From Minisyncoccota bacterium (GTDB taxonomy: Bacteria; Patescibacteriota; Minisyncoccia; Phycocordibacterales; DATDWN01): a stretch of 64,000 bases of DNA. Made by a program: the position numbers and the translations under genes. The notes below the pieces were generated by a model that saw only the letters and a program-made list of their open reading frames with translations, was not told where the DNA came from and did no database searches. The DNA lies in NCBI GenBank assembly GCA_041658985.1, contig JBAZZC010000001.1:65813-129812 (forward strand), written 5' to 3'. Of the stretch, positions 19,311 to 27,905 are shown in pieces (position 1 is the stretch's first letter; every line of letters begins with the position of its first letter).

Positions 19311-19523
19311 ATGCCTCCGAGTGGGTACAGCAAGAAAGCAGTCGAAGGCGCTCTGCAATTCACCGAAGCTTGTTTCGAAGACCTTCTTGAGGAGGTCAGG
19401 TCGGGCAAGCACAAGGACATCGAGACGGCTCTCCGATTCGAGTTGAAGATCATCAGGAAAGCCCTGATGAAACTTCACATCACCCACGACGGTAACATTG
19501 TCGACAGGGAACCGATGGAGTAA
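19311..19523 (+). CDS. hypothetical protein (GC-rich cassette)
   Basis: SD GGGGAGG, GC3-rich codons, terminator GTGGGCCATC/GATGGCCCAC-TTTTT. Confidence 0.65.
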   Translation: MPPSGYSKKAVEGALQFTEACFEDLLEEVRSGKHKDIETALRFELKIIRKALMKLHITHDGNIVDREPME

Positions 19524-19653
19524 GACTGGTGGGCCATCTTACGATGGCCCACTTTTTAAAATTTATTCTTTATCACGAAATTTTTTATAAAAAGAAATCC
19601 GCCCCAACGCAGAGCGAACTCTTTGTTAGAAGCGGGTTGTTTGGGCGACACAG

Positions 19654-20262
19654 TCAGATCGCCACGGCGTGACCGAGAAACATGGGGTCACACACATTCG
19701 TGTCCGGCAGTTCAAAGCCGTTGGAGGTGAAAATCCGAATCACCTCGTCAATTGCGAAAAGGGTAACTGTCAGACCCCCCACGCTTTCGATTTGCCTCGT
19801 TACCCCCACATTACTGTAGGGAAGGGAGAAGAGGCCCACCGCCCCCTTTTTCAGGCTCAACCGAAGTGAGCTGACAGCTACACCCAAGTCCTGTGGGGGA
19901 AGATGCATGAGTACCGCGGTCAGAAAGAAGGCATCGAAACGACTCGGGTAGTGAAAGCCAATCGTTCTGACTTCATCCACCTCAAACGCATGCCCTGGAA
20001 ACTTCCCTCGGCAGTGTTCGATCGACTTCTCCGAGGGGTCAATTCCGAGGTAACGGGTAAAACCGACTCGTTCCAGAAGCGGAACTGCCCGCCCGAACCC
20101 ACATCCGACGTCAACAACTTCTGGGTCTTCAGGCAAAGCCAGGAAAGCCGACATGATGAAGTCGTCTAGGAAGGCTCGCCGTTCCTCCAGATCACCTCGA
20201 CGAACCCTATCGTCAAAATGCTGGACGGCTTGTCTTTCTTGCTCTGATAAGGTACACAGCAT
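19654..20262 (-). CDS. class I SAM-dependent methyltransferase (GC-rich cassette)
   Basis: VVDVGCGFGR, GIDPS, VLMHL, LKKG; TTGACA at 20329-34 on the minus strand. Confidence 0.85.
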   Translation of the reverse strand: MLCTLSEQERQAVQHFDDRVRRGDLEERRAFLDDFIMSAFLALPEDPEVVDVGCGFGRAVPLLERVGFTRYLGIDPSEKSIEHCRGKFPGHAFEVDEVRTIGFHYPSRFDAFFLTAVLMHLPPQDLGVAVSSLRLSLKKGAVGLFSLPYSNVGVTRQIESVGGLTVTLFAIDEVIRIFTSNGFELPDTNVCDPMFLGHAVAI

Positions 20263-20351
20263 GAAATTACCTCTCTATATTTTTGAGGGAATACCTCTCT
20301 GGTCTCAAAATATCACAAAAAATAGTTTTGTCAACTTTTGTTATGAAATAA

Positions 20352-21268
20352 TTAAGGCTTATTGTGAAACCTCTTATGTATGTCTCTTAAATGCTTATCC
20401 GTCACATGAGTATATATTTGCGTAGTGATAATACTTGAATGCCCAAGTAGAGCCTGGACTGAACGAATATCTGCACCATTGCCGAGTAAATCTGTGGCAA
20501 AGCAGTGTCTTAGCATGTGTGGAGTAACTCTTTTTGAAATACCGGCCTTAATTGCGTACTGTTTTACAATTCTTTCAACAGTCCTTTTGTGAAGGGGATT
20601 GGCTTGTTTGTTAACCACCTCTTTACCCACATGAACAAAAAGGCCGTCACTCATATCTTTGCGTGCTTTTAGATATTCTTTCACACTTTTTTTTGCTTCA
20701 TCGGAAATGAAAACCACACGCACTTTTCCGCCTTTTCCCCGAACAGATAATTCGTCGGAGTTTAAGTTGATATCCGAGGTTAAGGAACAAAGCTCCGAAA
20801 CACGAAGTCCGGTCGAAAACAATAGCTCCAAAATAGCCTTGTCACGCAAACTTTTTATGTCTGTGCCGTTTGGGGCATTGAGAAGTCGCTGTAACTCTAT
20901 ATGAGTAATGAGGTCAAGTGTTCGCTCTCCTGTTTTAGCAAGTTCAATCCGCTCAGAGGGAAGAGTTTTGATTTCTTGTCGTGCAAGATACTTGAGAAAA
21001 GCACGAATGGCGATAAGATAATAATTCTGAGTTTTTTTGGATAAGGTATCCTGCTTGGTTTTGTCGTGTCCTGTCAGTTGTCTGTTTAACCAAAGACGAA
21101 ATTGGCGGACTGTTTCGTCTTAATCTCTGTTGGGTTGTCTGTTTTTATAAAACTCAAAAAACGAGTCAGATAATGGTCATAATTTTCTACGGTTTTCATA
21201 GAACGACCACGCTCTATCTCTATATATTCCAAAAACTGCTGTTTGAGTTGCTTTAGACCTTGTGCCAT
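20352..21268 (-). pseudogene. XerC/XerD-family tyrosine recombinase split by a 1-bp frameshift near 21121
   Basis: N-terminal ORF 21086-21268 continues in another frame as DETVRQFRLWLNR...; catalytic TGLRVSEL, HMLRH, LGHS, TQIY. Confidence 0.85.
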
Positions 21269-21270
21269 TT

Positions 21271-21406
21271 ATCCGCACACCAATTTTGGCATTGTGTTTT
21301 TGTTGCTTGTTAAGTATTTATCACAAGGTGCTATTCTAATAGCTTAAAATTAAACCGCAGACATTGTGAAAACACGATGCAACTATGCCAAATTTGGTGT
21401 TCGGAT
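21271..21406 (-). repeat. family E 5'-UTR hairpin element, copy 1
   Basis: ATCCGCACACCAATTTTGGCAT / ATGCCAAATTTGGTGTTCGGAT between TATAAT and ATG; related to 39053-39189. Confidence 0.8.
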
Positions 21407-21577
21407 TAATTATAACACGAACCAGTGTCGCACAATATAGATTGTTCAACTTAAAAAGTCGAATAATCTACGAATATTTTGCAACATTATCATGTCGCAA
21501 AATATTCGATCCAAACTATATGAAGAAGGGGTCCCACGAGAGGACCCCTTGAAACCCAAACAACACGTTCCCAGAAC

Positions 21578-21907
21578 CTACATCCTGAAATCCTTCAGAA
21601 CTGGCCCATGGAAATTCGTGTCTTTGGCACAAAATGGACAACTGGAGACTTGGAAGTACTTCCCATCCCAACTGGCTGGCACCTCCGCACCTGCCATATT
21701 GGTCAGTTCTGTCCTTCCGTCGAGAGAAATGGGGAAGACGCTGTGGTGACCTACACAGAAAACATTGATCACCTCCATCTTAGCTTCACCACGAAGAGGG
21801 GCAGTCAGTGCTTCCAAGTCTTCCGAGTTCAGATTTGCGTCATGAACTCGTCTCCGCGCATCGACACTACCAAACAGTTTCTCCGTGATTTTTTTTTCTT
21901 TGTCCAT
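21578..21907 (-). CDS. hypothetical protein with CxxH/CxxC (possible Zn site)
   Basis: 109-aa ORF, FCVGH and SCPFC; terminator-like hairpin at about 21527-21548. Confidence 0.6.
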   Translation of the reverse strand: MDKEKKITEKLFGSVDARRRVHDANLNSEDLEALTAPLRGEAKMEVINVFCVGHHSVFPISLDGRTELTNMAGAEVPASWDGKYFQVSSCPFCAKDTNFHGPVLKDFRM

Positions 21908-21909
21908 GG

Positions 21910-22401
21910 CTAATTCCCTAAGAACTTGACCACTTCGGTCGCTAGTTTCTTACTATAGTGTACAAATTGTTCTTTGTCAACTTTTCTATCAAGTCCTCCC
22001 TCCGGGACTAAAAATATTATATCAGCTTTATGTTCATCTTTTTTTGGGTTTAATGTGCAGTCAATAGTTACCATTTTCATGCTTCCATTGTCTCCAGTTT
22101 CAAACCATGCATCTATTCCTTGAAATACATCAAGAGGAGACTTTACAGACGTGTAGAATCTTAAATCTTTAGCGTCAATTCCTAATTCTTCAAAAACATA
22201 ATAATGAACGGTATTAGCAAAATCGCGTCCAGGATCAGTTGGATCTGAAGGTTGCATTTTTCTGAGCTGATTTATGATAACAGGGACTGATACAAACTTA
22301 AAACTTCCCTCATTTATGTGGGTCATTTCTTCGTAACGACTTTTGCCGAATAATTCCTCCTCAACGATTCCACCAGTTACACCAGATCTTTCAAATCTCA
22401 T
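21910..22401 (-). CDS. hypothetical protein (possible PD-(D/E)XK-like fold)
   Basis: 163-aa ORF; LDVFQGIDAWF...VTIDCT.NP.K. Confidence 0.6.
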   Translation of the reverse strand: MRFERSGVTGGIVEEELFGKSRYEEMTHINEGSFKFVSVPVIINQLRKMQPSDPTDPGRDFANTVHYYVFEELGIDAKDLRFYTSVKSPLDVFQGIDAWFETGDNGSMKMVTIDCTLNPKKDEHKADIIFLVPEGGLDRKVDKEQFVHYSKKLATEVVKFLGN

Positions 22402-22541
22402 ATATTTAATTTAGTTATTTAAACAGTTATATTATACCTTGGTTACAGATTTTTACACAAATATGTCTTGTTTTTTGGCCTTTTATGCAAACAAATCAAC
22501 ATCTTGCAAAGCGTTGGGTTTTGTGATATGCTACTCAGGCA

Positions 22542-22808
22542 ATGTTAACAAAGACAAAAAAATCAAAAATCGTTAAAGATGTTCAGGTACACGACACAGA
22601 CACTGGTTCTCCAGAGGTTCAGATTGCTATTTTGAGTAAAAGAATAGATGAATTAGCCGTACACCTAAAGAAAAACAACAAAGATAACCACTCTAGACGC
22701 GGACTTTTGCAAATGGTTGCCGACAGAAAGGCTCACATGAAGTATCTTGAGAAAAAATCTCCAAAGCGTTACAACGCTCTAACCAAAAAGCTGGGTTTGA
22801 AAAAATAA
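22542..22808 (+). CDS. rpsO: 30S ribosomal protein S15
   Basis: DTGSPEVQIA, KDNHSRRGL. Confidence 0.98.
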   Translation: MLTKTKKSKIVKDVQVHDTDTGSPEVQIAILSKRIDELAVHLKKNNKDNHSRRGLLQMVADRKAHMKYLEKKSPKRYNALTKKLGLKK

Positions 22809-22817
22809 AGCCTCCTC

Positions 22818-22997
22818 GTTAATAATTTCTTTATCATCATATCTCTCGCTGGGCACGGATATTTTTCTGCTGAAAAATTCCTCGTGCTTTTACGAAGTGA
22901 TAACATCACTTCTCACCTCTCGTCTCGCAAGGCCCGTCTCGAGACATGATTCAACGAAATTATTAACTCGTTGTTAGTAGTGCAATGTCTTGAAAAA
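22818..22997 (+). repeat. long hairpin element after rpsO, ending with the family A right end
   Basis: GTTAATAATTTC/GAAATTATTAAC inverted repeat; GTGCAATGTCTTGAAAAA shared with family A. Confidence 0.55.
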
Positions 22998-23096
22998 GTT
23001 GTGATTCGGAGAGACGGCAATACTTGTGGTATAATTTTACTGTCGATTTTTTTATATTTTAGTTTTATTATTATTTTTTAATATTTATATACATTT

Positions 23097-23633
23097 ATGA
23101 GTGTAATTAAACACAAAAATCAGCGGGTTGGTATTTTTATTGATACACAAAACTTATACCACTGCGCTAAAAACATTTATGGTGCGAAAGTAAACTTTGA
23201 CCAGGTGGTCAAAGACGGTTTAGCAGGAAGGTCTCTTACTAGGGCTGTGGCCTATGTCATCACCACAGAGGCAGGAGATGAGAAAAATTTTTTTGAGGCC
23301 CTGGGGAAAATGGGTATTGAAACAAAAACAAAAAACCTCCAAATATTTTCAGGTGGGGCAAAGAAAGGGGATTGGGATGTTGGACTGGCAGTTGATGTAA
23401 TCAAACTTGCCCCAAAACTTGATGCTATTATTCTTGTAACCGGTGATGGAGACTTTATACCGTTGGTTGAATATCTTCAAAACGTAGGTTGTCAGGTTGA
23501 GGTTATGTCATTTGGCAAAGCCACATCTGCAAAACTCATAGAAGCCAGCGACGACTTCATTGATTTAGATGAAAATCCTCGCAAATATTTAATTGGTTTT
23601 GGTATAAATAGACGTAGTCGCAGAACCACATAA
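23097..23633 (+). CDS. NYN domain (LabA/DUF88) protein
   Basis: IFIDTQN, KGDWDVGLAVD, LVTGDGDF. Confidence 0.9.
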   Translation: MSVIKHKNQRVGIFIDTQNLYHCAKNIYGAKVNFDQVVKDGLAGRSLTRAVAYVITTEAGDEKNFFEALGKMGIETKTKNLQIFSGGAKKGDWDVGLAVDVIKLAPKLDAIILVTGDGDFIPLVEYLQNVGCQVEVMSFGKATSAKLIEASDDFIDLDENPRKYLIGFGINRRSRRTT

Positions 23634-23638
23634 ACAAA

Positions 23639-24520
23639 ATGGATCCTGAAAAAGAAACAAAAGAAGAGGAAACTCAAGAAGTAAAACCTTCTATTAAATC
23701 ACTCCGCACATATCAAGGAGACGTTGAGGAAGCTGTTCAAAAAAACCACTATTCGGCTTCTTCAATTTTAGCCGCCGAACAAAACCGAAGAGACCAAACT
23801 TCGTCTGAACTTGAAATGCCAGATGACTCCAGTGCAAGAAATAAATTCTTTATTATTTTGGGTAGTATAATGTTGCTTCTTGGAATTATCACCTTTGTTT
23901 CAATTTTCTATTTGAAGTCCAAGGATGAGGTTGTGACCCAACAAAAAACAAAAGCCCTGATAAGTTTCTCGGAAGAAAAACTAGAGCCTGTACTTGCTTC
24001 CACTAGAGAAAGAATCAGTTCGGATATTCTTTCAGAAAAAAAGTCCTTTAATCTTCCTGTAAATTCGGTTCTATATATAAACACAGTAAACGCTTCCAGT
24101 ACACCGGCCAAGATAGAAGACGTTTTGTTGCTTATCGCTCCCCAAATACCTACGGCCCTAGCAAGGTCTTTTGATGGAGAATATATGTTGGGAATATATT
24201 CGTTTGATACAAACGAGCCTTTTATTATTTTGACCACAAATGATTTCGCAAATAGTTTTGGTGGAATGCTTAAGTGGGAAAAATATATGGTTTCTGACTT
24301 GGGAAAAATATTTTCAATTCCTCAAGGCACCACTCTGTCGAACAAAGGATTCATTGACAAAACTCTAAAAAACAAGGACCTTCGTATTTTACAAAATGAG
24401 AATGGTAAAACCATGCTACTCTATTCTTTTATAGACAAAGAAACTCTTGTCATCACTACCAACGAAAATATTTTAAATGCTCTTATTGGTAAATATAATA
24501 TAAGTAAGCAGGTTAGATAA
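23639..24520 (+). CDS. single-pass membrane hypothetical protein
   Basis: LRTYQGD N-terminal motif, one TM, GMLKWE motif. Confidence 0.7.
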   Translation: MDPEKETKEEETQEVKPSIKSLRTYQGDVEEAVQKNHYSASSILAAEQNRRDQTSSELEMPDDSSARNKFFIILGSIMLLLGIITFVSIFYLKSKDEVVTQQKTKALISFSEEKLEPVLASTRERISSDILSEKKSFNLPVNSVLYINTVNASSTPAKIEDVLLLIAPQIPTALARSFDGEYMLGIYSFDTNEPFIILTTNDFANSFGGMLKWEKYMVSDLGKIFSIPQGTTLSNKGFIDKTLKNKDLRILQNENGKTMLLYSFIDKETLVITTNENILNALIGKYNISKQVR

Positions 24521-24562
24521 CCCGTTTACATAGGGGTTTTATTTTGTTACGATGTGGTCTAT

Positions 24563-24925
24563 ATGGAACTAAACACACAACATTTTAAAGACTTATTATT
24601 AAAAGAAGCTGAGGTTTTAGAGGGTCAACTTGCCTCTATTGGCAGAAAAAACCCAGACCAAAAAGGAGACTGGGAAGCAGTAAGTACTAACCTTGACGAC
24701 GACAATGCTGATGAGTTTGATGTGGCTGACGACATAGCTCAGTTTGAAGAAAACAGCTCAGAGTTAAACCAGTTAGAAACACAGCTAAATGACGTAAAGA
24801 GCGCTCTCAAGAAAATAGAGGGGGGGAAATATGGTATTTGTGAAGTTGGTGGAGAGCAAATTGAAGAAGATAGGTTGGAAGCGAATCCTTCAGCCAAAAC
24901 CTGCAAGGCCCACATGAACGCCTAA
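24563..24925 (+). CDS. TraR/DksA family protein
   Basis: Coiled coil, AL.KI..G.YGICEV.GE.I..DRLEANPSA.TC. Confidence 0.85.
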   Translation: MELNTQHFKDLLLKEAEVLEGQLASIGRKNPDQKGDWEAVSTNLDDDNADEFDVADDIAQFEENSSELNQLETQLNDVKSALKKIEGGKYGICEVGGEQIEEDRLEANPSAKTCKAHMNA

Positions 24926-24935
24926 CAATACCGAC

Positions 24936-27047
24936 ATGACCAACAAAATATACACGACTGATTTCGGTGGCAGAGAATTAAAAGTTGAATTTAGTGACCT
25001 GGTAGACCAAGCGCATGGTTCGTGTCTTGTTCAATATGGAGATACTGTTGTTTTAGCAACTGCAGTCATGTCTAAAAAAGCCAAAGATGGAACTGATTTT
25101 TTTCCTTTGACTGTTGATTTTGAAGAAAAATTTTACGCTACCGGAAAAATTTTAGGCTCACGTTTTCAAAAAAGAGAGGGACGACCAACGGACGACGCTA
25201 TTTTATCTGGAAGAATAGTAGATAGAACAATAAGACCACTCTTTGATAATTGGATTCGTAATGAAATTCAAGTTGTCGTAACGGTACTTTCTATCGGTGA
25301 GGATGACCCTGATATTTTGGCTGTACTAGCCGCTTCTGTGGCCTTAGGCACTTCTCACATTCCGTGGAATGGGCCTGTTGGGGCTATAAGAATAGGCAAA
25401 AATGGTGAATTTATTGTAAACCCAACATACACGCAGAGAAATACAGAGAGCTATCAGATGGACCTTTTGGTTTGTATAAAAGATGACAAGGTCAATATGA
25501 TTGAAATTGGAAGTTCCGAAGTTCCAGAGGAAGAAATTTTGAAAGCCATGGACTTAGCAAAAACAGAATTAGCTAAATTGCAAAAATTCCAGGAAAAAAT
25601 ATTTGCTGAACTCGGAAAAGAAAAAGTAAAAATACCAAAACCAGAAGTTTCAAAAGAGACGTTTGCCCTGTTTAAAGAAAAAGTACAACCAGTTTTTATG
25701 GAAAGAGTTTTCTCTGGCAATCCAGGTAAGGAAGACCTCTCTTACCTAGCAACACTCTGGGCTGAGGAAGCTAAAGTAATAGAAAATGAGAACGAATACG
25801 GTTTAGCCATGGATTATTTGCAAGAAAAAATTGACTTAGCTATTCATGAAGAAATAATAAAAAACAAAAAGAGACCAGATAACAGAAAGATGGATGAGCT
25901 CCGACCACTTCTGGCAAAAGTTGGAGGTATTTCAAAAATATTACATGGCACAGGAATTTTTTATAGAGGAGGAACACACGTCTTGTCTGTTTTGACACTT
26001 GGCGCTCCGGGAGACGCACAGCTTATAGACAACATGGAGCCACAGGAAAGCCACAAAAGATTTATGCTTCACTACAACTTCCCTCCATATTCCGTAGGTG
26101 AGGTGGGAAGAATGGGTGGAACCAACCGCCGAATGATTGGCCATGGTGCTTTAGCAGAAAAAGCCCTTTTGCCTGTTCTACCAAACAAAGAAACTTTTCC
26201 TTACACAATTCGCCTGGTGGCAGAATCAATGGCCTCAAACGGCTCTACATCAATGGCTTCTGTCTGTGCTGGATGTTTGGCTTTGATGGATGGTGGCGTG
26301 CCTATCGCTCGTCCTGTTGCTGGAATCGCTTCTGGACTTATGATGTTAGACGAAAAAAACTATGTTGTCTTAACCGACATCCAAGGACCAGAAGACCACC
26401 ATGGAGACATGGATTTCAAGGTGGCTGGGACAGAAATTGGTGTTACAGCTGTCCAAATGGATGTTAAGGTTGCTGGAATTCCAATTCATATTCTCAAAGA
26501 CGCTTTTGAGAAAGCAAAATCAGCTAGATTACAAATCTTGAAAGTCATGACAGACACAATCGCAACTCCTCGAGAGAAAATTTCAGAATACGCGCCACAC
26601 ATTGTTTCAATAAAAGTAAAACAAGACCAGATAGGACTTGTTATCGGAACGGGGGGTAAAACAATTAAAGAAATAAAAGAAAAAACCGGAGTTGACGCAA
26701 TTGATATAGATGATGATGGAACTGTATTTATTACAGGCAAGGGAGATACCTGCGAACAAGCCAAAAAAATTATTGAAGAAATGACGCACGAGTTTCTAGT
26801 GGGAGACAGAGCTCGCGCCGAAGTTGTAAAAATCGCCGAGTTCGGCGCATTTGTTCGTTTGGCTGGAAGTAACACGGAGGGTTTAGTTCACATTTCAGAA
26901 ATCGTTCCACGAAGACTTCAGTCGGCTAGTGAAGTTATGAAAGTTGGTGATATTGTTCCAGTTGTCATAAAAGAAATTGACGAACGTGGACGGCTGAAAC
27001 TTTCAATTAAAGATATTGCCCCTCAGTGGTTTGATGAAAAGAAATAA
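24936..27047 (+). CDS. pnp: polyribonucleotide nucleotidyltransferase
   Basis: FFPLTVD, DRTIRPLF, SNGSTSMASVC, GDMDFKVAG, KH and S1 domains. Confidence 0.98.
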   Translation: MTNKIYTTDFGGRELKVEFSDLVDQAHGSCLVQYGDTVVLATAVMSKKAKDGTDFFPLTVDFEEKFYATGKILGSRFQKREGRPTDDAILSGRIVDRTIRPLFDNWIRNEIQVVVTVLSIGEDDPDILAVLAASVALGTSHIPWNGPVGAIRIGKNGEFIVNPTYTQRNTESYQMDLLVCIKDDKVNMIEIGSSEVPEEEILKAMDLAKTELAKLQKFQEKIFAELGKEKVKIPKPEVSKETFALFKEKVQPVFMERVFSGNPGKEDLSYLATLWAEEAKVIENENEYGLAMDYLQEKIDLAIHEEIIKNKKRPDNRKMDELRPLLAKVGGISKILHGTGIFYRGGTHVLSVLTLGAPGDAQLIDNMEPQESHKRFMLHYNFPPYSVGEVGRMGGTNRRMIGHGALAEKALLPVLPNKETFPYTIRLVAESMASNGSTSMASVCAGCLALMDGGVPIARPVAGIASGLMMLDEKNYVVLTDIQGPEDHHGDMDFKVAGTEIGVTAVQMDVKVAGIPIHILKDAFEKAKSARLQILKVMTDTIATPREKISEYAPHIVSIKVKQDQIGLVIGTGGKTIKEIKEKTGVDAIDIDDDGTVFITGKGDTCEQAKKIIEEMTHEFLVGDRARAEVVKIAEFGAFVRLAGSNTEGLVHISEIVPRRLQSASEVMKVGDIVPVVIKEIDERGRLKLSIKDIAPQWFDEKK

Positions 27048-27048
27048 T

Positions 27049-27288
27049 ATGAATTATGTTACATCAATTTTTAGCATCCTAGCAATTATTATCTCTATTT
27101 TAGCTTGGCGAAAAAACCGTGCAGTTTATGAAATAGTCTCTAAAGATGATAAATTTGGTTATGAAAAAATCAATGAATTATTAAAGACAGGTAAATACAC
27201 AATCTTACATATCAAAGAGGACCCCTTAAACCATATGAGATTAATATATATTTTGGGTAAAATTCAAAAAGGGTCTTGGTTAGAATAA
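27049..27288 (+). CDS. small membrane-anchored hypothetical protein
   Basis: ATG right after the pnp stop, N-terminal hydrophobic helix. Confidence 0.55.
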   Translation: MNYVTSIFSILAIIISILAWRKNRAVYEIVSKDDKFGYEKINELLKTGKYTILHIKEDPLNHMRLIYILGKIQKGSWLE

Positions 27289-27297
27289 GATTATTTC

Positions 27298-27355
27298 ATG
27301 GCTGTTTCAAAAATTTACAGTGCACAGATGATACCTCTTAACGCATAAATTAGTT
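27298..27355 (+). pseudogene. degenerate duplicate of the comM/yifB 5' end
   Basis: ATGGCTGTTTCAAAAATTTACAGTGCACAGA versus ATGGCTGTTTCAAAAATCTACAGCGCACAGA at 27906. Confidence 0.85.
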
Positions 27356-27369
27356 AACGTTTCGTTTGC

Positions 27370-27460
27370 TTGACTTTTTAAGACTACTTACTGTACAATA
27401 TTAGAGATTATGGGCTTCGGCCTCTGAGAAACCGTGTCGCAAGGCGCGGTTTCGTCGTTT
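27370..27460 (+). ncRNA. promoter plus a hairpin RNA of about 55 nt convergent on the mazF-like gene
   Basis: TTGACT 27370 / TACAAT 27394; GGC-TTCG-GCC and GAAACCGTGTC-GCAA-GGCGCGGTTTC hairpins. Confidence 0.5.
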
Positions 27461-27857
27461 ACAAAACCCCTTTGACCATATTTGAAACTTTATCTGAAAG
27501 TAGGTTGTAATCCTTTTCATTAACAGTACCAATTTTTCTAAATAATCTTTTTGAACTTATGGAGCGAATTTGAGACAGGCAGGTATTATATGATTTTTCG
27601 TCCTCACCTGATACAAGAAAATAATACTTATTATTTTTATCTTGATTGGTTGTTGGCACAACCAGTGCCATATTTTTGTTAAATTTTCTTATAACAACAG
27701 CTGGTCTGAGAAAAAGTTCGTGTTTACCATCTATTTCAACTCCAACATTTACACCTGTAATACACCACCAGACCTCTCTCTCATAAAAAATAATTGGTTC
27801 TTCTTTTTTATCTGTCTGTTTTTTCTCCTCATTCCAGCTATTAAAATCTTTTTCCAT
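27459..27857 (-). CDS. PemK/MazF-like toxin (no antitoxin ORF adjacent)
   Basis: EREVWW...GVNVG.E.DGK...F.RP.VV.RK, VPTT, LSQIRSISSKRL. Confidence 0.85.
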   Translation of the reverse strand: MEKDFNSWNEEKKQTDKKEEPIIFYEREVWWCITGVNVGVEIDGKHELFLRPAVVIRKFNKNMALVVPTTNQDKNNKYYFLVSGEDEKSYNTCLSQIRSISSKRLFRKIGTVNEKDYNLLSDKVSNMVKGVL

Positions 27858-27905
27858 ATTTATATTGTACTATAAAAGTTTTTGGTGTGGTAGAATTATT
27901 TTATT

